DNA of 64,000 nt from an uncultured Rikenellaceae bacterium (GTDB taxonomy: Bacteria > Bacteroidota > Bacteroidia > Bacteroidales > VadinHA17). A program made the translations under genes and the position numbers. Below, piece by piece: positions 27,676 through 37,171 of the stretch; position 1 is the first letter of the stretch; every line of letters starts with the position of its first letter. The DNA lies in NCBI GenBank assembly GCA_964435015.1, contig CAYSXP010000015.1:6340-70339 (forward strand), read 5' to 3'. A model generated the notes under the pieces. The model saw only the letters and a list, made by a program, of their open reading frames with translations. It was not told the DNA's origin and did no database searches.

Positions 27676-29277
27676 ATGCAGATCGGCCGCAGGCGATTCA
27701 TCAGGTCATCGGTGCTGGCGGGTGCCGGATTGATGCTCTCCCCCGACAGGGGCTTCAGTGATGAAAAGGCTTCAGATTACTTTGGGATCAATCCTTTTAT
27801 CCTGATGGATCAGGATGCCGTTTTCATAATGAAAACAAATGTCGACGTTAAAACAAATTCCACCGCCATTAAAAAGGCAGGCCTGGATTTTGGCCGTTCA
27901 GTTTTTTGCATCACCGACGACGGGGAGAACGGGTTCCCCCTGACCAGCAGGATAGTGATTAAGCCAAACCTGACATGCCGGGCAAGAAACAGCTCTGCAT
28001 ACACCATCGAGAGTTCGATGGGAATTGTAACAGATGCTTATTTTGTTGAGGGTGTAATTGAAAGCCTGAAGGAACTAGGCCTGGCTTCCGGCCGGTTTTA
28101 TATCAGGGAAGTCAATTGCCCCGATGATCTGGCTGACGGAGGCTATATTTCAATGGCTTCACGAACTGGCATTGATCTGCAGGGGATCAATACCCCTGTT
28201 CAATATCTTAATCCCGAACAGATTAACTGGGTAAATGTCCCCGATGGAGTATTTTTCAGGAGAATTCCGTATTTGTGGCCCGTTAATGCTCCCGGAACTT
28301 TTCTGATCAATATTGCGAAATTTAAAACCCATGGAATGGGAATGACCCTGTGTGCAAAAAATCTTCAGGGCACCATAGCGGCAAATTACCAGGCTCATTG
28401 CAGTGCTTACGGCAAGAGCATTTCCGGGGTGAATGCCTCTGATCTTAATCCTGCAGCCGACTCCGCTATTCTTGCCAATTACGGCAGGCACAAGGCTGCC
28501 GGAATACCGCGATGGGACAAACCCGGAAATGATGGAGGTTTATGGCAGGAGACATGGGCCACCCGGTGCCTTGATAACAATTCAGCGACATTCGCGGGTT
28601 TGCACATAATAGAAGGAATATATGGCAGGGACGGTGATTTTATGACAGGGCCGGCACAGAACGGCCTGGCAACCGATTATATGACCAACCTCATAATTTT
28701 TGGGAGAAATCAGTTCCATGTCGATAACATTGGTCATTACCTCGGCGGGCATGAACCGGGCAACTTCGGGCTGTTCCACCTTGCACTCGAGAGAGGCATG
28801 GCAAAGACCATAAATCCCCGGGAAATACCCTTGTACGAATGGGACCCCCAGACCGGAGCCAGTCCTGTCAGTCTGGACAGCCTGCAGCGCTTCAGTCTGA
28901 AAACCTGCTATCTGCAAAGGAATTTCAACGGGCACGATGAACCCTACTGGCATCTTGTGAATGAACCCTATGAATACGGCACTGAAGGAGTGAATGACAC
29001 CGGTTTCAGCGGAAGCGGCTTTTTCCTTCAGCAGAATTTTCCTAATCCCGTCCATGCCACTACAACTGTCCTTTTCAGGCTTCCTTCACGCGGAAACGCA
29101 CGGGTTGAAATTCTCAGTGCCTCAGGTTCGCTGATTGATTTGCTTGCAAACAAGAGCCTTGACGGCGGAACTCATACTCTGACCTGGGATAGCAGGAGTA
29201 TCCCTTCAGGATCATATATCTGCCGTGTCAGTTTCAACAACATGAAAAGATCAATATGGATGATGGTCATACATTAG
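27676..29277 (+). CDS. DUF362 domain protein with Tat leader and T9SS type A C-terminal sorting domain
   Basis: GRRRFIRSSVLAGAG; IVIKPNLTC, INIAKFKTHG.GMTLCAKNLQG and IIEGIYG; C-terminal LQQNFPNP...WD....PSGSYICRV. Confidence 0.82.
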   Translation: MQIGRRRFIRSSVLAGAGLMLSPDRGFSDEKASDYFGINPFILMDQDAVFIMKTNVDVKTNSTAIKKAGLDFGRSVFCITDDGENGFPLTSRIVIKPNLTCRARNSSAYTIESSMGIVTDAYFVEGVIESLKELGLASGRFYIREVNCPDDLADGGYISMASRTGIDLQGINTPVQYLNPEQINWVNVPDGVFFRRIPYLWPVNAPGTFLINIAKFKTHGMGMTLCAKNLQGTIAANYQAHCSAYGKSISGVNASDLNPAADSAILANYGRHKAAGIPRWDKPGNDGGLWQETWATRCLDNNSATFAGLHIIEGIYGRDGDFMTGPAQNGLATDYMTNLIIFGRNQFHVDNIGHYLGGHEPGNFGLFHLALERGMAKTINPREIPLYEWDPQTGASPVSLDSLQRFSLKTCYLQRNFNGHDEPYWHLVNEPYEYGTEGVNDTGFSGSGFFLQQNFPNPVHATTTVLFRLPSRGNARVEILSASGSLIDLLANKSLDGGTHTLTWDSRSIPSGSYICRVSFNNMKRSIWMMVIH

Positions 29278-29413
29278 TGAAGTATCTGCCTGGCTTCACC
29301 TGAAGTATGGAAATAAACCCCGGATGAATGCTTTCTGTCCCGGGATGGATTTGAAAAACATTTGCCTATCTTTGGTTTATTAACCTGATCTCTAACCCAA
29401 AAAAATATCTGTT

Positions 29414-30550
29414 ATGAAATTTATTCCGGTTCCTTTCCTGTTGCTGCTGCTTGCCGGCACAATGTTCTGTTATTCGTGTAACAGAACCCCCTCCTACGGA
29501 CCTGATATTTACGTTCCTGATACCACTTTCAAGGTTGTGGGCTACCTCTGGACCGGCAATTTTGACAAAATTGATGCTCTTGAGCTTGGCAAGCTTACCT
29601 ACCTGAACATTGCATTTGCCAATCCCGATGCTGAAGGGAATCTTGTTGCCGAGCTCAATGCCGACATTAAGCCTGTGGTGCAAAGAGGTCATGACCTTAA
29701 TCTGAAGGTTTTTATATCCCTTGCCGGAGGAGGCAGGCCCGATACTGCAATCTGGAACAACCTGCTGCAGCCCGGAAACAGATCAGCATTCATCAAAAAG
29801 CTGGTTGCATATGTTGAAGAACATAACCTCGACGGCATAGATGTCGATATTGAAGGAAACCTGCTTCCATATCTTGACAATAATTATAACCCTTTCGTTC
29901 TTGAATTGCGCAAAGCACTTCATGCCAGGGGAAAAGGAATGACCGCCGCACTCGGCGCCGTCGGCTTCCATGAGGCTGTGGGGCAGGAGGCGCTTGAAGC
30001 CTACGATTTTATAAACGTAATGGTTTACGATAAAACCGGGATCTGGAGGCCCGATGATATCGGCCCTCATTCACCGTATTCCTATGCAACGGATGCCATT
30101 AAATTCTGGACAATCGACAGGAAAATTCCGCCTGAGCGCATCACACTGGGGGTGCCGTTCTATGGTTTTGATTTTACTCCTCCTGCAAGATATATCTCAT
30201 ACGCTGAAATAATAAAGGAAAGCGGAGGATATGCCTATCATGATTCTGTTGGCACAAGGCTTTACTATAATGGCATTCCCACAATGGTGAAGAAAACGGA
30301 ACTTGCAAAGAAAACCCTTGGCGGTGTAATGATCTGGGAAATTGCCTATGATACGGCAGGTGATCTTTCATTGATGAAAGCGCTGTCCCAGACGCTCGAA
30401 GCAGGGAACTGCCCGGTCAGAACATTTTTCAGGGATGAGGACGGTGATGGTTTCGGAGATATGTCCAGACCGGCCCAGGCTTGTGAAGCACCGGAAGGCT
30501 ATGTGGCAAACATGGACGACAGGGATGATAAAAACCCCGGGGTGCATTAG
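29414..30550 (+). CDS. GH18 chitinase-like lipoprotein with a C-terminal MopE-type motif
   Basis: LTYLNIAFA, KVFISLAGG, intact catalytic LDGIDVDIE, DFINVMVYD, LGVPFYG and GGVMIWE; tail FRDEDGDGFGD...ACEAPEGYV. Confidence 0.9.
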   Translation: MKFIPVPFLLLLLAGTMFCYSCNRTPSYGPDIYVPDTTFKVVGYLWTGNFDKIDALELGKLTYLNIAFANPDAEGNLVAELNADIKPVVQRGHDLNLKVFISLAGGGRPDTAIWNNLLQPGNRSAFIKKLVAYVEEHNLDGIDVDIEGNLLPYLDNNYNPFVLELRKALHARGKGMTAALGAVGFHEAVGQEALEAYDFINVMVYDKTGIWRPDDIGPHSPYSYATDAIKFWTIDRKIPPERITLGVPFYGFDFTPPARYISYAEIIKESGGYAYHDSVGTRLYYNGIPTMVKKTELAKKTLGGVMIWEIAYDTAGDLSLMKALSQTLEAGNCPVRTFFRDEDGDGFGDMSRPAQACEAPEGYVANMDDRDDKNPGVH

Positions 30551-30622
30551 CCGGATTAAAGGTTCTCCTGTTTTCGGCAGGTCAGGCAGGCATCCGAACT
30601 TTAAATAATAAATTATATTCTG

Positions 30623-32098
30623 ATGAGGATATTTAACTATGAATTGTGGTTTGTTACAGGCAGTCAGTCACTTTACGGTGAAGAAACCCTGAAACAGGTT
30701 GCGGAAGATTCCCGGACAATTGCGGCGGCTCTCGATACTAATCAGCTGCTCCCGGCAAGGATTGTTTTCAAGCCTGTGCTTACAACATCAGAGGCCATCA
30801 CAAAACTATGCCTCGAGGCGAACGGTGACCAGCTGTGCGCCGGAATAATAACATGGATGCATACGTTCTCGCCGGCAAAAATGTGGATTGCCGGACTGAG
30901 CCGGCTCCATAAGCCAATGCTTCATTTTCATACCCAGTTCAACCGCGACATCCCATGGAAGGAGATTGACATGAATTTTATGAATCTCAATCAGTCTGCC
31001 CATGGCGACCGCGAATTCGGGTACATTTGCTCACGCCTGAGGATGAACAGGAAGGTTGTAACGGGCCATTGGCAGGACAACAGTGTAATCGGTGAAATAG
31101 CGGCATGGGTAAGGTCGGCAGTTGCCTTTACAGAAGCCGGATCCCTGAAGGTTGCAAGGTTTGGTGATAATATGAGGGATGTGGCTGTAACAGAAGGCAA
31201 CAAGGTATCAGCACAGCTTGAGCTGGGGTACGAGGTCCACGGATTCGGCGTTGGCGATCTGGTCAGTGAGGTCAATGCTGTTTCAGCCACAGCCGTTAAA
31301 TCGCTTGTTGAACAATACGGGGATGAATACATGGTGCTGCCGGAAGTCCTCAATTCACCACCGGTAAGAGAGGCTGCACGCATTGAGCTTGGCATGAGGA
31401 GCTTCCTTGAAAAGGGGAGCTTCAGGGCATTTACAACAACGTTCGAGGATCTTCACGGCCTTACCCAGCTTCCCGGCCTTGCGGTGCAGCGGCTCATGGC
31501 CGGCGGCTATGGCTTTGGCGCCGAAGGCGACTGGAAAACAGCCGCACTCGTACGAAGCATGAAAGTTATGGCTTCGGGTCTTGAAGGGGGAACTTCCTTC
31601 ATGGAAGACTATACCTACCATCTCGATCCGGAAAATCCGGCCGTCCTTGGAGCTCACATGCTGGAGGTATGCCCTTCACTGGCCGGCGGAAAACCTTTAT
31701 TGCAGGTTCATCCGCTTGGCATCGGGGGGAAAGATGACCCGGCAAGGCTCGTTTTCAAAACAAAAACCGGAGAGGCTCTGAATGCTTCACTTATCGACCT
31801 GGGAGACAGGTTCAGGCTGATCGTGAACAAGGTTGAAGTAATTGACTGCCCCGACATGCCAAAACTTCCGGTTGCCAGCGTTTTGTGGAAACCCCGGCCT
31901 GACCTGAAAACTGCCGCAACCGCATGGATCTATGCGGGAGGCGCCCATCATACTGGATTTTCGCAGGCACTGAGCACCGGGCATCTTGTTAATTTCGCCG
32001 AAATAGCCGGTATTGAATGTGTTGTGATTGATGATGGATGCAGCCTGGATGAATTTAAAAGGGAACTTCGCTGGAACGACCTGTTTTATCATATCTGA
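30623..32098 (+). CDS. araA: L-arabinose isomerase
   Basis: [49 protein letters not shown] and [10 protein letters not shown]. Confidence 0.98.
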   Translation: MRIFNYELWFVTGSQSLYGEETLKQVAEDSRTIAAALDTNQLLPARIVFKPVLTTSEAITKLCLEANGDQLCAGIITWMHTFSPAKMWIAGLSRLHKPMLHFHTQFNRDIPWKEIDMNFMNLNQSAHGDREFGYICSRLRMNRKVVTGHWQDNSVIGEIAAWVRSAVAFTEAGSLKVARFGDNMRDVAVTEGNKVSAQLELGYEVHGFGVGDLVSEVNAVSATAVKSLVEQYGDEYMVLPEVLNSPPVREAARIELGMRSFLEKGSFRAFTTTFEDLHGLTQLPGLAVQRLMAGGYGFGAEGDWKTAALVRSMKVMASGLEGGTSFMEDYTYHLDPENPAVLGAHMLEVCPSLAGGKPLLQVHPLGIGGKDDPARLVFKTKTGEALNASLIDLGDRFRLIVNKVEVIDCPDMPKLPVASVLWKPRPDLKTAATAWIYAGGAHHTGFSQALSTGHLVNFAEIAGIECVVIDDGCSLDEFKRELRWNDLFYHI

Positions 32099-32102
32099 AA
32101 AA

Positions 32103-32792
32103 ATGTTACAGAAACTTAAGGAAGAAGTGTATCGGGCCAATCTGAGCCTGGTTGAGCATGGCCTGGTAATACTGACTTTTGGAAATGCCAGTGCGATCGA
32201 CCGTAAGACCGGTCTCATGGTCATTAAACCGTCAGGGATTTCCATGAGTGATTCAGGGCCCGATAATATGGTTGTTACCGATCTTTCCTGCAATGTGGTG
32301 GAGGGAGATATGCTCCCTTCAACCGATGCTCCGACCCATGCAGCACTGTATAAATCATTCGGCGCAATCGGCGGAATTGTTCATACCCATTCTGCCAGCG
32401 CAACAGCATGGGCTCAGGCCGGCAGGCCGATACCCTGCCTCGGAACCACGCATGCCGATTATTTCCATGGAAGCGTACCTGTAACCCGTTTGCTGACCAG
32501 TGAAGAGATCGCTGACAATTATGAGCATAATACCGGCCTGGTGATAGCTGAACGATTCAAGGGAACTGATCCTCTCCGGATACCTGCTGTATTGGTTGCA
32601 TCCCACGGACCATTCACCTGGGGCAGTGATGTGACACAAGCTGTCCTGAATGCCGTTATCCTTGAAGAAATTGCCAGTGCTGCTGCTCTGACTCTTTCAA
32701 TTGCCCCTGTGGGGCCGATTGATCAGAAACTCCTCGACAGGCACTTTTTCAGAAAACACGGGCGGGATGCATATTACGGACAGAAAAAATAG
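32103..32792 (+). CDS. araD: L-ribulose-5-phosphate 4-epimerase
   Basis: TFGNAS, IKPSG, PSTDAPTH, IVHTHS, GTTHADYFHG and HGRDAYYGQ; start moved to ATG 32103. Confidence 0.96.
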   Translation: MLQKLKEEVYRANLSLVEHGLVILTFGNASAIDRKTGLMVIKPSGISMSDSGPDNMVVTDLSCNVVEGDMLPSTDAPTHAALYKSFGAIGGIVHTHSASATAWAQAGRPIPCLGTTHADYFHGSVPVTRLLTSEEIADNYEHNTGLVIAERFKGTDPLRIPAVLVASHGPFTWGSDVTQAVLNAVILEEIASAAALTLSIAPVGPIDQKLLDRHFFRKHGRDAYYGQKK

Positions 32793-32969
32793 CCGCCATT
32801 CGTTATCTGCCATCGAATACTCGATTTGCTGACTTTATCCAGGCTTGCCGATTGCGCTTCCTGCCGTTAAATGAATGACAGGGAAAGGAGAAAGCGGAAA
32901 TCAGATTTTTTTAAAAATCCGGATATTAATTTCTAATTTCAGGCCGGTTAAGGACAACCCTTTATCAGA

Positions 32970-33713
32970 ATGGCATTGATTGAGACCCATAATCTTGTAA
33001 AGAAGTACAATAATACCGGAACAGTGGCTCTGAAAGGGATAGATATGTCGGTCGGCAGGAATGAATTCCTGGGTTTGCTTGGTCCGAATTCAGCTGGTAA
33101 AACAACCCTTATTTCAATTATCTGCGGGCTGCTCAGGCCCACTTCAGGCAAAGTAATGCTCTTTGGAAACGATGCGGAGCAGGCATGCCGGGATGTAAAC
33201 AGAAGGATAGGACTTGTTCCCCAGGATATTGCCTTATACGCCAACCTTACGGTATGGGAAAACATCCTGTTTTTCGGGCATCTTCAGGATTACCACGGAA
33301 AGGAGCTGAATGAAAAGGCTGAACAGCTTCTGGAAAAATTCAACCTTCAGGCACACAGATACAAACTGATCTCCCATTGCTCGGGAGGAATCAAAAGGAG
33401 AGTGAACCTGATAGGAGGAATAATTCACAAACCCGAACTGCTCATTCTTGATGAGCCCACGCTTGGTGTGGATACACAGCTCAGAGAGATGATATTCGGG
33501 TTCCTGAAGGATCTGAACCGGAATGGCACAACAATTATTTATACCACGCATTATATGAAAGAGGCGGAGCTCCTTTGCAGCCGGATTCAAATCATTGACA
33601 ACGGACTTGTAATTGCCGACGGGGAGCCTGCCGGCCTTATAGCTGCCAGTGAAGGCTGCACGGACCTCGGACAGGTTTTTATGCATATGACCGGGAGGGA
33701 CCTGCGGGATTAA
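32970..33713 (+). CDS. ABC-2 type exporter, ATP-binding subunit
   Basis: Walker A GPNSAGKT, signature CSGGIKRR, Walker B ILDEPT and H-loop TTHY. Confidence 0.95.
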   Translation: MALIETHNLVKKYNNTGTVALKGIDMSVGRNEFLGLLGPNSAGKTTLISIICGLLRPTSGKVMLFGNDAEQACRDVNRRIGLVPQDIALYANLTVWENILFFGHLQDYHGKELNEKAEQLLEKFNLQAHRYKLISHCSGGIKRRVNLIGGIIHKPELLILDEPTLGVDTQLREMIFGFLKDLNRNGTTIIYTTHYMKEAELLCSRIQIIDNGLVIADGEPAGLIAASEGCTDLGQVFMHMTGRDLRD

Positions 33714-33722
33714 CGACAACAG

Positions 33723-35099
33723 ATGACATTGAAAAAAATTCTTGCAATAATAAAAAAGGACCTGCTGATCCTGGTGCGTGACTGGCCCGGCCTTGCAATT
33801 TTATTCATTATGCCTGCTGTTTTGCTTGTCATCATTACATTCATCCAGGAAAACAGCATACCGATGAAAACTTCCGGGACAAAATTGGCAGTGGCGGATC
33901 TTGACTCATCCGGGTTCGGAGCGGCAATGACAAAGGATTTGAAAGAATCAGGATTTTTCACAATTACCGAAGTTGCGGATGCCAGGGCGGCTGAATCTGA
34001 CTTATTGGCCGGGAAATATCAGGTGGCTGTCATTATTCCTGACAGTACAACGGAAAAACTGTTCAGGCTTGCTGATTTACAGCAGGCATCTCCCGAAGGA
34101 TCCGGTACTGTTTATCCGGCTATTACCTTTATTTGCAATCCCGCACTTCAACCCGGATTCAGGGACGCTATTACGGCCCCGGCGGGCCTGCTGGCTGAGC
34201 TTTCGGCTCTGAGGATCATCATGGACAGGATGACCGGAACCATGGCTTCCAGCCTGGCTAAGCAGAACGATCAGTTTCTGAAGAAGATAACAGAAGGAGA
34301 TCTTTTCAGGAATGTTCCTGACTTTCCCTTCAGGAAGGAAGTTGAGCGCAGCTTCAGGAATGAATTGCAGAAAGGGGCCAGGGATGAAGCAAATAAGATA
34401 ATGATTTCGGGAAAAATCTCCGGCGTTAACAGGGTTTTAAATATCGATGAGCATGTGGCAGGGAGCGGAAACCTGAAATCAGGAGCCGAACCCCTGCAAA
34501 ACAATGTTCCGGCCTTTACCCTGTTTGCAATGTTTTTCATAGTGATTCCCCTCGCCGGAAGTCTGATAAATGAAAAGACCTCCGGTACGTTCAGGCGGTT
34601 AATGACATTCCCCGTTTCCTGTTTTGATATTATGCTGTCAAAGGTTGTAGTCTACTTATTTATATGCGTTTTGCAATTTGTCTTTCTCCTTCTTATTGGC
34701 ATTTACCTTATGCCATTGATCGGGGAATTGTCGCCGATTAACCTGGATATAAGCATCCCGGTACTGGCTGCAGCGGTACTGGCAAGCAGCCTTGCCGCAA
34801 TTGGCTTTGGCCTTATGGTTGGTACTTTTGCTTCCAACCACGGTCAGGCTGCCACTTTCGGCTCGGTTATGGTAGTTGTTCTGGCCATGATCGGAGGTAT
34901 TTTTGTTCCATCCTTCATGCTTCCGGATTTCCTTCAAAAACTTAGCATGGTGTCACCCCTTAGATGGGGGACGGATGCGATACGCTCAATCTTCACAGGG
35001 ACTGACGGCTTTACAGGGATATTGCCGCAGCTTTTTCTTCTGTCGGCTTTTTTTACGGTTTCTGTTTTTATCTCGGTAAAAACCTTTAACGGAAGGTGA
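33723..35099 (+). CDS. ABC-2 type exporter permease (flexirubin/aryl-polyene cluster type)
   Basis: KDLLILVRDWPGLAILFIMP and QNNVPAFTLFAMFFIVIPL...EKTSGTF.RL; six TM helices. Confidence 0.88.
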   Translation: MTLKKILAIIKKDLLILVRDWPGLAILFIMPAVLLVIITFIQENSIPMKTSGTKLAVADLDSSGFGAAMTKDLKESGFFTITEVADARAAESDLLAGKYQVAVIIPDSTTEKLFRLADLQQASPEGSGTVYPAITFICNPALQPGFRDAITAPAGLLAELSALRIIMDRMTGTMASSLAKQNDQFLKKITEGDLFRNVPDFPFRKEVERSFRNELQKGARDEANKIMISGKISGVNRVLNIDEHVAGSGNLKSGAEPLQNNVPAFTLFAMFFIVIPLAGSLINEKTSGTFRRLMTFPVSCFDIMLSKVVVYLFICVLQFVFLLLIGIYLMPLIGELSPINLDISIPVLAAAVLASSLAAIGFGLMVGTFASNHGQAATFGSVMVVVLAMIGGIFVPSFMLPDFLQKLSMVSPLRWGTDAIRSIFTGTDGFTGILPQLFLLSAFFTVSVFISVKTFNGR

Positions 35100-35291
35100 C
35101 AACCGGAACAATAAAAGCATTACATTTAATGTTCTAATTTTTTAAAACCGGTAAGTTACCCCGGGGAAGCCTTATAATATGAAACCCTCATGTATTCCAT
35201 ACACAAGTACGCGGAAAGATAATTTTCAACAGGCGGGCTCACTGCCCCGGGGGTCAGGCAGGTTTAATGCCATTAAAATCAAAATTATTTT

Positions 35292-35807
35292 ATGATGAAG
35301 GAAAAAGACCTGATAGTTGACTGTCCTTCCCAGCAGGTAATACTTTATGCCGAAAAGAATGACGGCACATACGGACCGGTACAAACCGGATCATATACAA
35401 CCGGAAACCATATCTCAGAACATTTCAAAATTACTGATCACCTTTCCGGGGCGCTTCTTGAAAAACTCAGGGCAGGAGAAATAAGCCCTGTTTATTTTTA
35501 TATGATGATGGAAAGCCTTACGATTCCCGAACTGGCTGCGCGTGTGAGATTGTCAAGGAGATCTGTGAGGAGGCATCTCGAACCGGAAGGATTCCGGCGG
35601 TTAACAATTGATACACTGAAGCGTTATGCAGATGTTCTGAATATACCTGTTGCCAACATGTTTCAGATTATCCAAACTGTTGAAGACAAAAACTGGAACG
35701 CCGGGTTCCGCGAGGGATCAGGCTATGCTGACCCGGTCCGTATCACCCAGAAACCAACAGCCAATCCCCTGGTGGTTGAAACAGAACTAATTTCGGATCC
35801 GGAATGA
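35292..35807 (+). CDS. Conserved protein with an XRE-like HTH, the usual partner of BtrH_N genes
   Basis: LYA...G.Y..V.TG.Y, SPVYFYM, ELAARVRLSRRSVRRHLEP..F.RL...LKRYADVL; overlaps the next gene by 4 nt. Confidence 0.7.
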   Translation: MMKEKDLIVDCPSQQVILYAEKNDGTYGPVQTGSYTTGNHISEHFKITDHLSGALLEKLRAGEISPVYFYMMMESLTIPELAARVRLSRRSVRRHLEPEGFRRLTIDTLKRYADVLNIPVANMFQIIQTVEDKNWNAGFREGSGYADPVRITQKPTANPLVVETELISDPE

Positions 35808-36817
35808 CACAGATACCATTTAACCATGTGATGGCTGCACACTGCGAATCAGGGACCGTTGCAGCGTTACTAAACCATCACGGGCTGAAAATCCCGGAAC
35901 CCCTGGTATTTGGTATTTCCGGCGCCATCTTTTTCGGATACTTCAGAACCCCGATGATCGATTTCCCCATTTTTGTTGTAAGAAGCAAACCGGGCGACAT
36001 CCGGAAAAAATTCGCTGAAAGGACGGGAATCAGGTTTTATACCAAAACATACAGCGATCCCGGGAAAGCCGGTAAGGAACTTGATATGCTGCTGGAGAGG
36101 GGACAGCCTGTTGCCGTGCAGGTCGATTTCTTTTATATGAACTACTTCCCTTCCTGGCACAGGGTTCACATAAATGTTCATTTTGTTACAATCATTGGCA
36201 GGGAGGGGAACAAATATCTTGTAAGCGACAGTTATCATCCGCAGATTACTGAGCTGGACAGGGATTCTCTTATGAAGGGGCGGTTTGCCGGGGGGGCCAT
36301 GGCGCCGAAGGGCTTTATTTTTTATCCTGTCAGGGTTCCTGAAAGAATTGATATGAGGCAGGCTGTCATTGGCGGTATAAAGAGCGCCACATTCAACATG
36401 CTGAAAATACCGCTTCCTTTCCTGGGAGTCAGAGGTATCAGAAGATTTGCGGACAAAATCACTGAATGGCCCGGCTATGCCCGGGATGAAAATCAGCTTG
36501 CAGACAAGATGTTCAGGATAACCGTACTGCTGGAAGACCAGGGAACGGGAGGAGGAGGCTTCCGGTTCCTGTATGCCTCCTTCCTGCAGGAAGCAGCAAA
36601 AATTCTGAATTATCCCGTATTGAATGATTTTTCTAAAGAGATCATGAAAATAGGCGACGGGTGGCGGGAAATATCCCTGGCTGCTTCAAAAATTGCAAAA
36701 AACAGGGATTTTGGCAGGGAAAAATTTCTGGAGCTGAGTAAGATGATTAGCCATAAAGCGGATCTCGAAGAGTCTTTTTTTAGAAATCTGCGGAAAGAAA
36801 TTACAGCCACCAGGTAA
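35804..36817 (+). CDS. BtrH N-terminal domain/DUF4872 protein (papain-like acyltransferase or peptidase)
   Basis: AAHCESG, EPLVFGISGAIFFGY, VHFVTI, VSDS and EDQGTGGGGFRFLYASFLQEA. Confidence 0.87.
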   Translation: MTQIPFNHVMAAHCESGTVAALLNHHGLKIPEPLVFGISGAIFFGYFRTPMIDFPIFVVRSKPGDIRKKFAERTGIRFYTKTYSDPGKAGKELDMLLERGQPVAVQVDFFYMNYFPSWHRVHINVHFVTIIGREGNKYLVSDSYHPQITELDRDSLMKGRFAGGAMAPKGFIFYPVRVPERIDMRQAVIGGIKSATFNMLKIPLPFLGVRGIRRFADKITEWPGYARDENQLADKMFRITVLLEDQGTGGGGFRFLYASFLQEAAKILNYPVLNDFSKEIMKIGDGWREISLAASKIAKNRDFGREKFLELSKMISHKADLEESFFRNLRKEITATR

Positions 36818-36828
36818 GAATTAGAACT

Positions 36829-37113
36829 ATGTCTTCAGAGTCACTCGAAAAAATTAAACTTGAAGTCAAGGAGCTGGTAATTTCCACTCTGGGGTTTGAG
36901 AATGTGAAGCCCGGGGAGATTCTTGATGATGTCAGTTTCTTCAGCGGGGAGAATACGATAAAAATCGATTCAATTGATGTGCTTGAACTTGTTGTTGCGG
37001 TTCAAAAGAGGTTCAGCGTGAAAATCGACGATCAGAATCTTGCCAGAAACATTATCAGTACCGTTAATACGATTGCTGAATTTGTGTCTTCACATAATAA
37101 TGTGAGTCAATGA
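36829..37113 (+). CDS. Acyl carrier protein (aryl-polyene type)
   Basis: IDSIDVLELVVAVQKRFSVKI phosphopantetheine motif; TVNTIAEFV. Confidence 0.9.
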   Translation: MSSESLEKIKLEVKELVISTLGFENVKPGEILDDVSFFSGENTIKIDSIDVLELVVAVQKRFSVKIDDQNLARNIISTVNTIAEFVSSHNNVSQ

Positions 37114-37171
37114 TGCTGGTTATAATTCTTAACCTGAAAGGATTTCATTACCGTTAATCAATTTCCCGGCA

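Noticed and set aside
30571-35262. CTGCC...GGCAGG-like mini-palindromes in intergenic gaps (about 30576 and 35242)
   Set aside because: They are too short and degenerate to define as a repeat family by eye.
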